This document shows, piece by piece, positions 1-8,517 of a stretch of 32,000 nt of DNA; the stretch's first letter is position 1, and each line of letters starts with the position of its first letter. The position numbers and the translations under genes were made by a program. This DNA is from Kineococcus radiotolerans SRS30216 = ATCC BAA-149 (GTDB taxonomy: Bacteria > Actinomycetota > Actinomycetes > Actinomycetales > Kineococcaceae). The DNA is taken from NCBI RefSeq assembly GCF_000017305.1, contig NC_009806.1, positions 150,001 through 182,000 on the forward strand, read 5' to 3'. Under the pieces are notes generated by a model. The model was not told the origin of the DNA and ran no database searches. It worked only from the letters and a program-made list of their open reading frames with translations.

Positions 1-23
1 CCCTGACTTCGTCGGTCGGGGGA

Positions 24-896
24 GTGGGCCTGCTCGTGGGGGTGGCCGCAGCCGCTGCGGTGCTCGCCGGCGCCGCTCAGCCGTGGCTTGGACACCGCGC
101 CGGCCTCCTCGGTCGACCTCACCGCGCAGGCGCGGCCGCGGTGACCGGGCTGCTGACCCTGCTGAGCTGCCTGGCGGTGGGCCAGCTCCGCCCGGCACTG
201 CTGGCGACCGCGCTGACTGCAGCAGTCACCTACCCCCTCTTCACCGTCGATCTGAAGCAGAAGCGTCTACCGATCGCCCTGGTCCGCCCGGTCACAGGGT
301 GGGTGCTGGTGACCCTCAGCCTCGACGCGCTGCTGATCGACGGCGGCGGGCGACGGATGGCGACGGCACTCGCGGGCGCGGTCGCGGGTGCAGTGGTCTT
401 CCACGGCCTGCGGGTGATCTCCCGCGGGGGGATGGGCCGGGGGGACGTCCGCCTGGCCAGCCTCCTGGGTCTGCTCCTGGGGTGGTTGTCCCCGGCGACG
501 GCGCTGCTGGGGTTGGCGTTGAGCTTCGTGCTGGCGGCCGCGGCCCTGGTGCCCTTCCTGCTCACCCACCGCCTCCAGCGACACACGAAGGTGCCGTTCG
601 GCCCGTTCATGCTTGTGGGCGCGTGGACCGCGGTGGGGCTGCACGCCGTGGCATTTCTGTCGGCGTCGGGAGTGAGCTCGAGCTTCTCGCGCGCCACCGG
701 CGTGATCGAGACCCTTTCCGCCTGGGCAGGCCCTGCTCTGCTGCTGACCGCACTCGCTGTGGCGGTGTGGACGACAAGGGAGGTGGCTCAGCGTGCCGGG
801 GGCCTAGGCCCGGTGGTGTACCCGCAGCCGATGACGGCGACCGCGCCCGGCGTCGTGGTCAGAGAGGACGGTTGGCCGTGGCGCTCCTCTCGATGA
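24..896 (+). CDS. Prepilin (type IV leader) peptidase, A24 aspartic peptidase family. The frame is open to the window edge, so the start may lie upstream.
   Basis: Polytopic hydrophobic protein with both A24 Asp motifs (FTVDLKQKRLP and GMGRGDVRLASLLG) plus VPFGPFMLVGAW. No in-frame stop between nt 3 and 24. Confidence 0.8.
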   Translation: MGLLVGVAAAAAVLAGAAQPWLGHRAGLLGRPHRAGAAAVTGLLTLLSCLAVGQLRPALLATALTAAVTYPLFTVDLKQKRLPIALVRPVTGWVLVTLSLDALLIDGGGRRMATALAGAVAGAVVFHGLRVISRGGMGRGDVRLASLLGLLLGWLSPATALLGLALSFVLAAAALVPFLLTHRLQRHTKVPFGPFMLVGAWTAVGLHAVAFLSASGVSSSFSRATGVIETLSAWAGPALLLTALAVAVWTTREVAQRAGGLGPVVYPQPMTATAPGVVVREDGWPWRSSR

Positions 897-960
897 CTTC
901 GGGCTGGCTCCTCGAGCAGGCACCTGCACGCGATGTAGCCGCTACCCCGGCGACCCCAAC

Positions 961-1064
961 GGCTCGCACGCAGGCTCGCACGCAGGCTCGCACGCAGGCT
1001 CGCACGCAGGCTCGCACGCAGGCTCGCACGCAGGCTCGCACGCAGGCTCGCACGCAGGCTCGCG
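961..1064. repeat. 12-bp tandem repeat GGCTCGCACGCA, 8 full copies plus a partial ninth
   Basis: Perfect head-to-tail copies starting at 961, 973, 985, 997, 1009, 1021, 1033 and 1045, then GGCTCGCG. Lies about 65 nt downstream of the peptidase stop. Confidence 0.95.
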
Positions 1065-1444
1065 ACGGCGCGATGCTGGAGCCCTTGAGGGAGTGGCGGC
1101 CGCACCACCACCTGGGCGCTGTCTCGGCCGAACCGCGGGCGAAGTGGTTGACTGTGTCCTCAACGCGACGTCACGCCCGCCGACCAGGCCAGCGACAGGT
1201 CAGGCGCGAAATCTTCTGCTGCGTCCTGTCACATGGGCGCTTGTGCAGGCACCTACCTGGACGTGAAGACCTACAGCCTCCGCCCTCCAGCTTCACCGCG
1301 CCCTGGATCCTCGCCGCGCCGGCGCCTCCAGCGTCATCCGTCTCGAGTCGGCGACTCGACCTCGGCCACGGACATGATCGCGGTTCTCCGCGTGTCGCGG
1401 CGAGTCTGCCTGATACAGCATCAAGACTGCGGTAGGACTAGCGC

Positions 1445-1681
1445 ATGCCTGAACGCAGGAAGCCAGGAACGCCGTCACGCGGGGATCGCAAGCCGATCAT
1501 CACTCGCGTGCCCACGGACCAGGCCGCTCACTACGAGCAGTGCGCAGCGGCTCTGGGGCTACCGCTCTCGGACTACATCGCGCTCTGTCTCGCTGAGCGG
1601 CACGGCAAGCCCGTGCCCTCCTACATCAAGGTGCGCAAGCCCGACGAGTCTCACCAAGAGGAGCTGCGCATCAGCGCCTGA
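1445..1681 (+). CDS. Small ribbon-helix-helix / MobC-like DNA-binding protein (78 aa)
   Basis: The basic N-terminus followed by ITRVPTDQAAHYEQCAAALGLPLSDYIALCL fits the strand-helix-helix pattern of CopG/MobC-type proteins. Identified by pattern only. Confidence 0.5.
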   Translation: MPERRKPGTPSRGDRKPIITRVPTDQAAHYEQCAAALGLPLSDYIALCLAERHGKPVPSYIKVRKPDESHQEELRISA

Positions 1682-1999
1682 CTCCGACGCGGCCGGTCTC
1701 TCCACGGCCTGCACGCCACCATCCAGAATCGACGACGGCGGCTTCGCCGATCGGGAGTTCGCCGCTCCCGTGCTGACCGACTCCGCCGCCGTCGTGCTCC
1801 ACCCTGCTGAAAGTCGAAATGGAGCACTCATGAGCGTAGACGCTCAAGCGCGTCCTTGTGCACCCCAGGACGCTCAACACGCCCATCTGACGGTCGGCCA
1901 CCCGACCGCCGGCGCATCACCTGTCACTTCCGTCTCACGCCCCGTGCACATGGCCTGTGCACTCCGGCGAGCTCGCCCGGTGAAGTGCGAGGTCGCGTC

Positions 2000-3178
2000 G
2001 TGAGCATCGAAGCCACCCTGTGGGCCTTGAACCTGGCACCCGTTCCGATCGACGTCAGCAAGACGAAGCAGTCCCCGTCGAGCTCGTGCGGCTTCGTGCT
2101 GGTGGCGCTGGCCAACCACGCCGACCCGGAAGGTCTGAACGCCTTCCCCTCCGTGGAGACGATCTGCCGCTACACCCGCCTGTCGGAGCGCACCGTTCGC
2201 AGCTGCCTTGACCGGCTCGAGGCCGAAGGCATCATCCGTCCCTGCGACCCCGCCATCGTCGCCGCGAAGATCAAGCGGGGTGACAGACGACCCAATGGGT
2301 ACGACCTGATGGTCGACCGCTTCCGGGAGGACCTGTCGGACGAAGAGCTGGTCAACATCGCCAGGAGCAACACTCTGCTGCGTCCGTTCATCGCCAGCTA
2401 CCGCCCTGACCTGGGCATTTACCCACGGGGTGCAACGGCTGCACCCCGTGAGACGCCAGCGCCACGGGGTGCAATGGCTGCACCCCGTGCGATGACGCCG
2501 AAGACACGGGGTGCAATGGCTGCACCCCGTGAGGAGGCGCTTCAAGCCGACGGGGTGCAAGTGTTTCCGTCACGGGGTGCAGCCATTGCACCCGAACCGT
2601 CCTTGAACCCCCCTACTGAAGACAGCTACGTAACGTCCACGTCGGAACGTGGCGGGGCTGTGGATAACTCAAGCGGACAGCGCATCGGTGATGACCCGGC
2701 ACACCCTCCAGCGACAGCTGCTCTCGAGGGCAGCTCGCCGGCCGCCGGTGACGTGGTCTTCGTCGCGATCGACGAGGACGAGGTCGAACGCACGTTGCTG
2801 CACCTGCCAGACCGCCTCCGCCCAACCCTGGCCGAGGCAATGCGTCTGCGGCAGCTCATCGTCCAGCGGATGCAGCGCGGCTGGACCAGGGAAGCGATCC
2901 TGGCGGCGGTCGAAAGACGCCTTCGCCCAGGGGGGACGTTGAACAACCCCTGCGGCTTGTTCGCCAGGATCCTGGTGCCGCTGGACGAGCCACCATCGCA
3001 GCAGACTGCTCCGGAGGCCGTCTCGGTTGCGGTCGAGGAGGACCCCTGGTGCGGGGAGTGCGACAAGACCAGCCGGCGCGTCCTGGACGACCAAGGCTTC
3101 CCCGACTACACGCTGCCCCCGTGCACTGACTGTGCCCAGCTGAGCTTCGCCCACCACATGGAGCGAGGTGCATCGTGA
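2000..3178 (+). CDS. Helix-turn-helix protein of the plasmid/prophage replication-initiator-like type, with a C-terminal Cys4 motif
   Basis: N-terminus WALNLAP...FVLVALANHADPEGLNAFPSVETICRYTRLSERTVRSCLDRLEAEGIIRP is the typical wHTH of mobile-element Rep/DnaD-like proteins. C-terminus has CGEC...CTDC. GTG at 2000 is preceded by GAGG. The part of the ORF upstream of 2000 looks non-coding. Confidence 0.7.
   Translation: MSIEATLWALNLAPVPIDVSKTKQSPSSSCGFVLVALANHADPEGLNAFPSVETICRYTRLSERTVRSCLDRLEAEGIIRPCDPAIVAAKIKRGDRRPNGYDLMVDRFREDLSDEELVNIARSNTLLRPFIASYRPDLGIYPRGATAAPRETPAPRGAMAAPRAMTPKTRGAMAAPREEALQADGVQVFPSRGAAIAPEPSLNPPTEDSYVTSTSERGGAVDNSSGQRIGDDPAHPPATAALEGSSPAAGDVVFVAIDEDEVERTLLHLPDRLRPTLAEAMRLRQLIVQRMQRGWTREAILAAVERRLRPGGTLNNPCGLFARILVPLDEPPSQQTAPEAVSVAVEEDPWCGECDKTSRRVLDDQGFPDYTLPPCTDCAQLSFAHHMERGAS
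2424..2593. repeat. Array of 27-bp palindromic iterons CACGGGGTGCA-AYGGC-TGCACCCCGTG inside the HTH gene
   Basis: Perfect palindromes at 2424-2450, 2463-2489 and 2505-2531. Half-site at 2550-2560. A degenerate copy with inverted spacer lies at 2571-2593. Confidence 0.9.
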
Positions 3179-4422
3179 CCCTCGACGCCAACCGTCTCGA
3201 ACCGGTCGACTCCCTTCAACCCGGGGGCGCGGCTGAGGAAGTCCGCGACATCGTGCTGCTGGGATCGACTGGATCCGTTGGCACGCAGGCCGTCGACGTC
3301 GTAGCGCGCAACCGCGACCGCTTCCGGGTCGTCGGCCTCGCCGCCGGCGGCCGCCGCCTGCAGATCCTGGCCGAGCAGACCCTGGACCTGCAGCCCGCGG
3401 TGGTCGCCGTGGCCCGCGGCGGGGCTGAGGAGGACTTCCGCGCCGCCCTCCAGCAGGCCGCAGATGCCCGGGGTCTGCGCGCGGGCCAGTGGCCCGCTCC
3501 CGAGGTCCTGACCGGTGCGGCGGGGGTCGAGCAGGTCGCGGCGTGGCCGGCGCACACCGTGCTGAACGCCGTTGACGGCGCCCTGGGTCTGGCCTCCACG
3601 ATGGGCGTCCTGCGCGCTGGCAGCGTCTTGGCCCTGGCCAACAAGGAGTCCCTGATCGTGGGGGGCCGCTTCGTCACCGAGGCTGCCGCTCCGGGGCAGA
3701 TCGTGCCGGTCGACTCCGAGCACTCCGCGATCGCCCAGGCGCTGCGTTCTGGGACCCGCGCCGAGGTCGCTCAGCTGGTCATCACCGCCACTGGCGGTCC
3801 CTTCCGCGGCCGCACCCGCGCGCAGCTGGCCGACGTCAGCGTGGCGCAGGCCATGGCGCACCCGACGTGGTCGATGGGTCAGGTCATCACCATCAACTCC
3901 TCCACCCTGATCAACAAGGGCCTGGAGGTCATCGAAGCCCACCACCTCTTCGCCCTGGACTTCGACCAGATCGCCGTGGTGGGGCATCCGCAGTCCCGCA
4001 TCCACTCGATGGTCGAGTTCGTCGACGGCTCCACCATCGCCCAGGTCAGCCCCCCGGACATGCGCCTGGCCATCTCCCTGGGCTTGGGCTGGCCCGAGCG
4101 GGTCCCCGCCGCGGCGCAGACCTTCGACTGGACCCAGCCCGAGACGTGGGACCTCTTCCCGCTGGATCACGAGACCTTCCCCGCGGTGCAGCTGGCCTAC
4201 CAGGTGGGCCGGGCCGGGGGCAGTGCGCCGGCGGTCTACAACGCGGCCAACGAGGTCTGTGTGCGGGCCTTCATCGATCGGCGTCTGCCGTGGCTGGGCA
4301 TCGTCGACACCGTCGCGCGGGTGGTCGCTGACCTTGGCGACCCGGCCGTGGCCAACCTCGACGACGTCTTGGCCGCTGATGCGTGGGCGCGGCGACGCTC
4401 TAATGAATTCGTGGAGGTATGA
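3175..4422 (+). CDS. dxr: 1-deoxy-D-xylulose 5-phosphate reductoisomerase
   Basis: LLGSTGSVGTQAVDVV NADPH-binding N-terminus, NKESLI, DSEHSAI and HPTWSMG motifs over the full length. The GTG start overlaps the upstream stop (GTGA). Confidence 0.95.
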   Translation: MTLDANRLEPVDSLQPGGAAEEVRDIVLLGSTGSVGTQAVDVVARNRDRFRVVGLAAGGRRLQILAEQTLDLQPAVVAVARGGAEEDFRAALQQAADARGLRAGQWPAPEVLTGAAGVEQVAAWPAHTVLNAVDGALGLASTMGVLRAGSVLALANKESLIVGGRFVTEAAAPGQIVPVDSEHSAIAQALRSGTRAEVAQLVITATGGPFRGRTRAQLADVSVAQAMAHPTWSMGQVITINSSTLINKGLEVIEAHHLFALDFDQIAVVGHPQSRIHSMVEFVDGSTIAQVSPPDMRLAISLGLGWPERVPAAAQTFDWTQPETWDLFPLDHETFPAVQLAYQVGRAGGSAPAVYNAANEVCVRAFIDRRLPWLGIVDTVARVVADLGDPAVANLDDVLAADAWARRRSNEFVEV

Positions 4423-4554
4423 CCGGCAGGTCGGACTTATCGTCAACGAAGTGAGTGACTACCCCGCTGTGCCTCAGGCGTCCTGGAAAGCATGAACGCA
4501 CCCACCGCACCCATCTGAGTGATCACGTCTTAGGTTCAATGCAGCGCCATTCCG

Positions 4555-5133
4555 ATGCAGCAGGGCATGACCCCACTCGCCCGCCGCCTAACTGCCGCGC
4601 TTGTGACCGCTGCTGGCATAGGTGCAGTGATGCTGTCGCCAGCTAACGCTGCCGCACCAGATCCTCGATGGGAGACAGCGCGTCTCATCAACGTCGACCG
4701 CGCAGCCCACGGCCTGGCGTCGCTGCAGCGCGAGGCGCACGTGGACGCGCTAGCCCAGGAGTGGGCTCAGCACATCATCGAGACCGACGACTACAACCAC
4801 CGGACCAACCTTAACGACGACATCATCCCGGGCATGTGGATGGGCGGAGAGACGCTGGCCATGTTCTGGGTACCCAGTGGTGAGCCCATCAGCCCTTCCA
4901 GGACCGTCCAGGCGTGGATCGACAGCGAGCGCCATCATCATGTCCTGCTCCACGACCAGGCCACCTTCATCGGAGTCGGGGTGAGCTGCTCCTGGGAGTG
5001 GTGCGTCTACGTGGCCAACGTCTCTAGGGTCAACCCCTACTGGAAGGGCGCTCCGTTGACGGTCCAGATTGTGCCCGACCCCACCATGAAGCCCGTGGTC
5101 GTCCAGCGCGGTGCCCGGAAGGTCCGTCACTGA
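4555..5133 (+). CDS. Secreted CAP/SCP (PR-1-like) domain protein
   Basis: Signal peptide ending SPANA-AAP, then the CAP pattern RLINVDRAAHGL...L...AQEWAQHI...NH...WIDSERHHHVLL. The start could instead be the ATG at 4567. Confidence 0.75.
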   Translation: MQQGMTPLARRLTAALVTAAGIGAVMLSPANAAAPDPRWETARLINVDRAAHGLASLQREAHVDALAQEWAQHIIETDDYNHRTNLNDDIIPGMWMGGETLAMFWVPSGEPISPSRTVQAWIDSERHHHVLLHDQATFIGVGVSCSWEWCVYVANVSRVNPYWKGAPLTVQIVPDPTMKPVVVQRGARKVRH

Positions 5134-5176
5134 GAGCTTCCTGCGGACTGTCCGGGGCTGGTGACAGACTCAGATC

Positions 5177-6025
5177 ATGAGCACAGAGCCCGCTGAGTCC
5201 GCAGAGCCCTCCTGGGAGGAGCAGCTCACTGACCCGGTCGGCTACGGCCTGTCGGAGACAGAGGCTCAGCAGATCCGCAACGAGATCATGATCGGCAAGA
5301 CCGCGATGCTCCTGCAGAGGCGCGGTCAAGACCAGGCAGCGGCTCTGATGCTCGACGTGCAGGGCATCGATTACTACTCCTACTTCCTCGACGGGCGAGA
5401 CCCCTGGGACGACAAGGCCCATGTGACGGTGGCTCAGATCGATGTCGAGACCTACCTCCTGCCGAAGTTCAGCGAGGATCTGCAAGAGCAGATCCGTGAG
5501 GCCATGCACGTCGTGGCTACGCGGGAGCACCGGTCCGTGAATGCCCTGGAGCTGCGCGAGGTCCTTCCGGAGGTCGGTGAGGACTGGCGCCAGCAGCTCT
5601 CCCGTGAGCTGGCCACGGAGCGGCCCACCAACCAGGCGCGCAAGGTGCGTCTTGAGTCTGGTGCTATCCAGCGGGACGGGCTCTTCTTGACCAACCTCTG
5701 GGAGCAGCGCATCTATACGACGTTGCTGCAGGTGCAGGCGGAGATGCCAGACACCGAGACCATCAACATCGCGCCCCTGGTGGGGATGCGGGTCAAGGGC
5801 CACACCTACGAGCCGGACGTCTTGATCACCTACAAGGGCTTCGCCGGGGTCATCGAGGTGGATGGTCCTCACCACTCCGGCAGGCGCGCTGCTGACGGCT
5901 CCCGAGACCGCCTGCTCAAGAAGGGCGGCATTAAAGTCCTTGAGCGCATCACGGTGGAGGACCTGGAGACGCGGGAGTCCGCCAGGAAGTTCGTGGACGA
6001 TTTCCTGGCACAGCTCGGCCGGTGA
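5177..6025 (+). CDS. Hypothetical protein with a C-terminal PD-(D/E)xK / DUF559-like endonuclease fold
   Basis: High G/C at third codon positions. The C-terminus EPDVLITYKGFAGVIEVDGPHHSGRRAADGSRDRLLKKGGIKVLR resembles the D...E-V-D-G...H core of Vsr/DUF559-type nucleases. Confidence 0.65.
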   Translation: MSTEPAESAEPSWEEQLTDPVGYGLSETEAQQIRNEIMIGKTAMLLQRRGQDQAAALMLDVQGIDYYSYFLDGRDPWDDKAHVTVAQIDVETYLLPKFSEDLQEQIREAMHVVATREHRSVNALELREVLPEVGEDWRQQLSRELATERPTNQARKVRLESGAIQRDGLFLTNLWEQRIYTTLLQVQAEMPDTETINIAPLVGMRVKGHTYEPDVLITYKGFAGVIEVDGPHHSGRRAADGSRDRLLKKGGIKVLERITVEDLETRESARKFVDDFLAQLGR

Positions 6026-6035
6026 ACGCAGAAAA

Positions 6036-6074
6036 CACCCCACCCAACCCGTGAGGGTCGAGTGGGGTGCTTTC
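6036..6074. terminator. Bidirectional intrinsic terminator between convergent genes
   Basis: CACCCCAC (6036-6043) pairs with GTGGGGTG (6062-6069), with an inner ACCC/GGGT pairing. Flanked by GAAAA upstream and CTTTC downstream. Confidence 0.7.
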
Positions 6075-6090
6075 ATCTGAAAGACGATCT

Positions 6091-7074
6091 CTAGCGCCCT
6101 GCGCCAGTAAGCGTAGGAGTAGCTCCGCCTTCAAGGGTCAGGGTGGTGGATCGATACTGGACGTCGGAACTGGTGAGCTGCATGAACGCTTCCTCTAGTG
6201 AAGCGCGCACCGGACTCAGCTGGTGCACGCGAAGCCTCGCCTCGACCGCGGCCTCCCCGATGAGCTCAGCTGAGAGCCCTTCCACGTGAAAACGCCCGTC
6301 GGCGTCCTCGGTGATGTCCACCTGCTCTCCTCGAGCGGACGCCTCACCGGCCAGCCTGCGCAGCAGAGCGGCCAGGTGTTCCACGTCCGGGGAGTAGACC
6401 GTCAGCCCCACGGTCTCGACCCGGGCAAGGAAGGCATCCAGGGATTCGTCAGCGATGAGACGCCCGCGGCCGATGACGATGAGGTGATCAGCGGTCTGGG
6501 CCATCTCGCTGAGCAGGTGAGAGGAGACGAAGACGGTGCGTCCCTGGGCGGCCAAGGTGCGCATGAGGTGCCGCATCCAGCGCACGCCTTCAGGGTCCAA
6601 GCCGTTGAGGGGCTCATCGAGCATCACCGTCGATGGGTTGCCCAGCAGTGCGGTGGCCAAGCCCACCCGCTGGCCCATCCCCAGCGACAGGCCACGGATG
6701 CGGGTGTCGGCGGACTCGGCTAGGCCCACCAGGTGCAGCACGTCGTCGACCTGGTGTGGGGGGATGCCGCACGTGGCGGCCAGTGCCTGCAGGTGTCGGC
6801 GCACGCTGCGGCCGGGGTGCACGGCCTTCGCCTCCAGGAGGACCCCCAGGGTGGACATGGGCGCCGCGTGCTCAGCGAAGGGGCGTCCGTCCACCAGGAC
6901 ACGTCCCGACGTCGGCCGCTCCAGACCGGCGATGGCCCGCATGGTCGTCGTCTTCCCGGCCCCGTTTGGCCCCAGGAAGCCGGTCACTTGACCCGGACGG
7001 GCTACGAACGAGACCCCGTCGACGGCCACCTTGCCGCCGCGGTAGGTCTTGCGCAGGTCCTGCACCTCGAGCAC
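6091..7074 (-). CDS. ABC transporter ATP-binding protein (ABC-2/DrrA-like, with C-terminal extension)
   Basis: Walker A GPNGAGKTT, signature LSLGMGQR and Walker B VMLDEP. Confidence 0.9.
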   Translation of the reverse strand: MLEVQDLRKTYRGGKVAVDGVSFVARPGQVTGFLGPNGAGKTTTMRAIAGLERPTSGRVLVDGRPFAEHAAPMSTLGVLLEAKAVHPGRSVRRHLQALAATCGIPPHQVDDVLHLVGLAESADTRIRGLSLGMGQRVGLATALLGNPSTVMLDEPLNGLDPEGVRWMRHLMRTLAAQGRTVFVSSHLLSEMAQTADHLIVIGRGRLIADESLDAFLARVETVGLTVYSPDVEHLAALLRRLAGEASARGEQVDITEDADGRFHVEGLSAELIGEAAVEARLRVHQLSPVRASLEEAFMQLTSSDVQYRSTTLTLEGGATPTLTGAGR

Positions 7075-7194
7075 GTTGCGGTCCCCTCTCGTTGCCCTCT
7101 CCGCGACGTCACCCTGTCCTGTCCTGAGCCGGGGGACAAGCCGCGCACGACGGGGGTAGTCGATCGCGCCGGAGGACCGGTGAGCTGGCCCGGC

Positions 7195-7806
7195 TCAGCC
7201 GGCGGCGATCTCCTGGAGGACCTCGGCCAACGAGCGGCAGTCACCGACCGCGCGGTGCCGGGCTCCAGGCAGACGCGACGCGCGAAGGTGCCGGCCTCGG
7301 CTGTCCACGCGTCCTCGAAAGCGGGTGTAACAGTGCATGCCGCATCCCCACCGCGTGGAGCTCAACAGGTCCACGCCGATGCGCTCGCCCTCGCGGCGCA
7401 GCAGCCCCCGGTCGAAGCGTGCGTTGTAGGCGATGACGTGGCGTCCTGCGAGCGCTGCGCGCAGCTGCGGGGCCACCATGAGCAGGTCGGGTGCGTCCTG
7501 CAGCTCCTCGTCGCCGATGCCGTGCACGGCGCGCGCGCCCGGGTCTACCGGTGTCGTGGGGCGCACCAGGGAGCTGAACAGCGGCGCGCCGTGAACGTCG
7601 GTGATCGCGATCTCCACGAGCTGGCCGTCGAGGGCGGTGGACTCGGTGTCCAGCAGGACCGAGGACTCATCGGCCAGCCACCGCTGGGCTTGGCGGACGG
7701 CCTGGCGTCGGTGGGTGGCCGGCGCCAGGCCGCCCAAGGGGACTCGTGCTGGGTGTGCGGTGCGGACGGGCTGCAGAGTGGTGCATCGCAGTACCTCTGA
7801 CGTCAC
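7195..7806 (-). CDS. DEDDh 3'-5' exonuclease (DnaQ/epsilon-like domain)
   Basis: LDTESTALDG (Exo I), AYNARFDRGLL (Exo II) and a C-terminal H...D region. The GTG start overlaps the upstream stop (GTGA at 7803-7806). Confidence 0.85.
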   Translation of the reverse strand: MTSEVLRCTTLQPVRTAHPARVPLGGLAPATHRRQAVRQAQRWLADESSVLLDTESTALDGQLVEIAITDVHGAPLFSSLVRPTTPVDPGARAVHGIGDEELQDAPDLLMVAPQLRAALAGRHVIAYNARFDRGLLRREGERIGVDLLSSTRWGCGMHCYTRFRGRVDSRGRHLRASRLPGARHRAVGDCRSLAEVLQEIAAG

Positions 7807-8489
7807 GACTCCTCCTTCGGCGCGTACAGCGGCCGGTTGCCGTGGCGGGGCCGGTGGCTGCGGAAGTCAGGGTTGAGCAGCTGCCACACCCGCTGCTCCG
7901 AGATGCCGGCGGCCTGGGCCAGCATCGGCTGCGTGATGCCCTGCGGGTTGAGCACCGACGCGCTGTAGAGCGAGCGCACGAGCTCGTCGCGCACCTCGCG
8001 GACCGCCGAGGCCCACTCCTCGGCCTGCACGTGGGCATGCGCCAGCTGCGGCAGCGTCTCGAGGGCGTCGGGCACCTCCACGATGCCGAGCTCACGTGCG
8101 CGCTCGGCGACCTGGGCGGGGGAGGCGGTGCGCAGGAACGGGCTGGTCTGGCTCTTCAGTGCGCGCCGGCGCAGCTGCAGCCAGCTCTGGTCGTTGGCGG
8201 CCAGGACCTTGTGCAGCCCCTGGGCGCCGGCGTAGAAGGACGCCGACAGGGCCGCGTCGTAGGCGGCCTGACGGGCGGTCTTCGCCTCGGCGGTGGCCTG
8301 GGTCGCGGCGTGCCCCACCCGCTCCAGGCGTGCCAGGCCCTCGAGACCGGCGAGGTCCTGCAGGAACGCCTGCAGGCGCTGACGAGCCTGCTCCCGCAGC
8401 TGGTTGCGGTCGGTGGGGGGAAGGGTGGGGTCGGCCATGAGGAAGCTCCGGGGCAGGGTGGGAGGTGGTCGTTCGAGGAGGGTGAACAT
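7803..8489 (-). CDS. Hypothetical protein with a C-terminal helix-turn-helix
   Basis: Helical protein. The C-terminus GITQPMLAQAAGISEQRVWQLLN looks like an HTH. Alternative start MADPTL at 8438. First gene downstream of promoter copy B. Confidence 0.65.
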   Translation of the reverse strand: MFTLLERPPPTLPRSFLMADPTLPPTDRNQLREQARQRLQAFLQDLAGLEGLARLERVGHAATQATAEAKTARQAAYDAALSASFYAGAQGLHKVLAANDQSWLQLRRRALKSQTSPFLRTASPAQVAERARELGIVEVPDALETLPQLAHAHVQAEEWASAVREVRDELVRSLYSASVLNPQGITQPMLAQAAGISEQRVWQLLNPDFRSHRPRHGNRPLYAPKEES

Positions 8490-8517
8490 GAGGGTCTTCC
8501 GTTCTGGTTGAAGGTGT

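Noticed and set aside
961-1064. Tandem repeat as a mini-CRISPR or a telomere-like element
   Set aside because: The 12-bp units are contiguous with no spacers, and there is no terminal context.
83-1435. 450-aa plus-strand ORF spanning the peptidase gene and the tandem repeat
   Set aside because: It overlaps the well-supported A24 peptidase in another frame and has an Arg/Pro/Gly-rich shadow composition typical of off-frame ORFs in high-GC DNA. Only the part after 893 is considered, and only as a weak possibility.
1856-1999. Upstream 48 codons of the 440-aa HTH ORF
   Set aside because: The composition is poor (RPSDGRPPDRRRITCHFRL). The recognisable wHTH begins right after the GTG at 2000, which has a GAGG upstream.
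3106-4446. 446-aa minus-strand ORF
   Set aside because: It is antisense to dxr, which has unambiguous motifs. This is a shadow ORF.
7125-7196. 9-bp long-range inverted repeat TGAGCCGGG ... CCCGGCTCA as a possible island boundary or att site
   Set aside because: The arms are about 55 nt apart and short. The right arm overlaps the exonuclease stop codon. This could easily arise by chance in GC-rich DNA.
5030-7800. Long ORFs 5030-6076 (-), 6733-7800 (+) and similar
   Set aside because: They are antisense or off-frame to the nuclease-like, ABC ATPase and exonuclease genes. They have low-complexity R/G/P/A composition and poor third-position bias.
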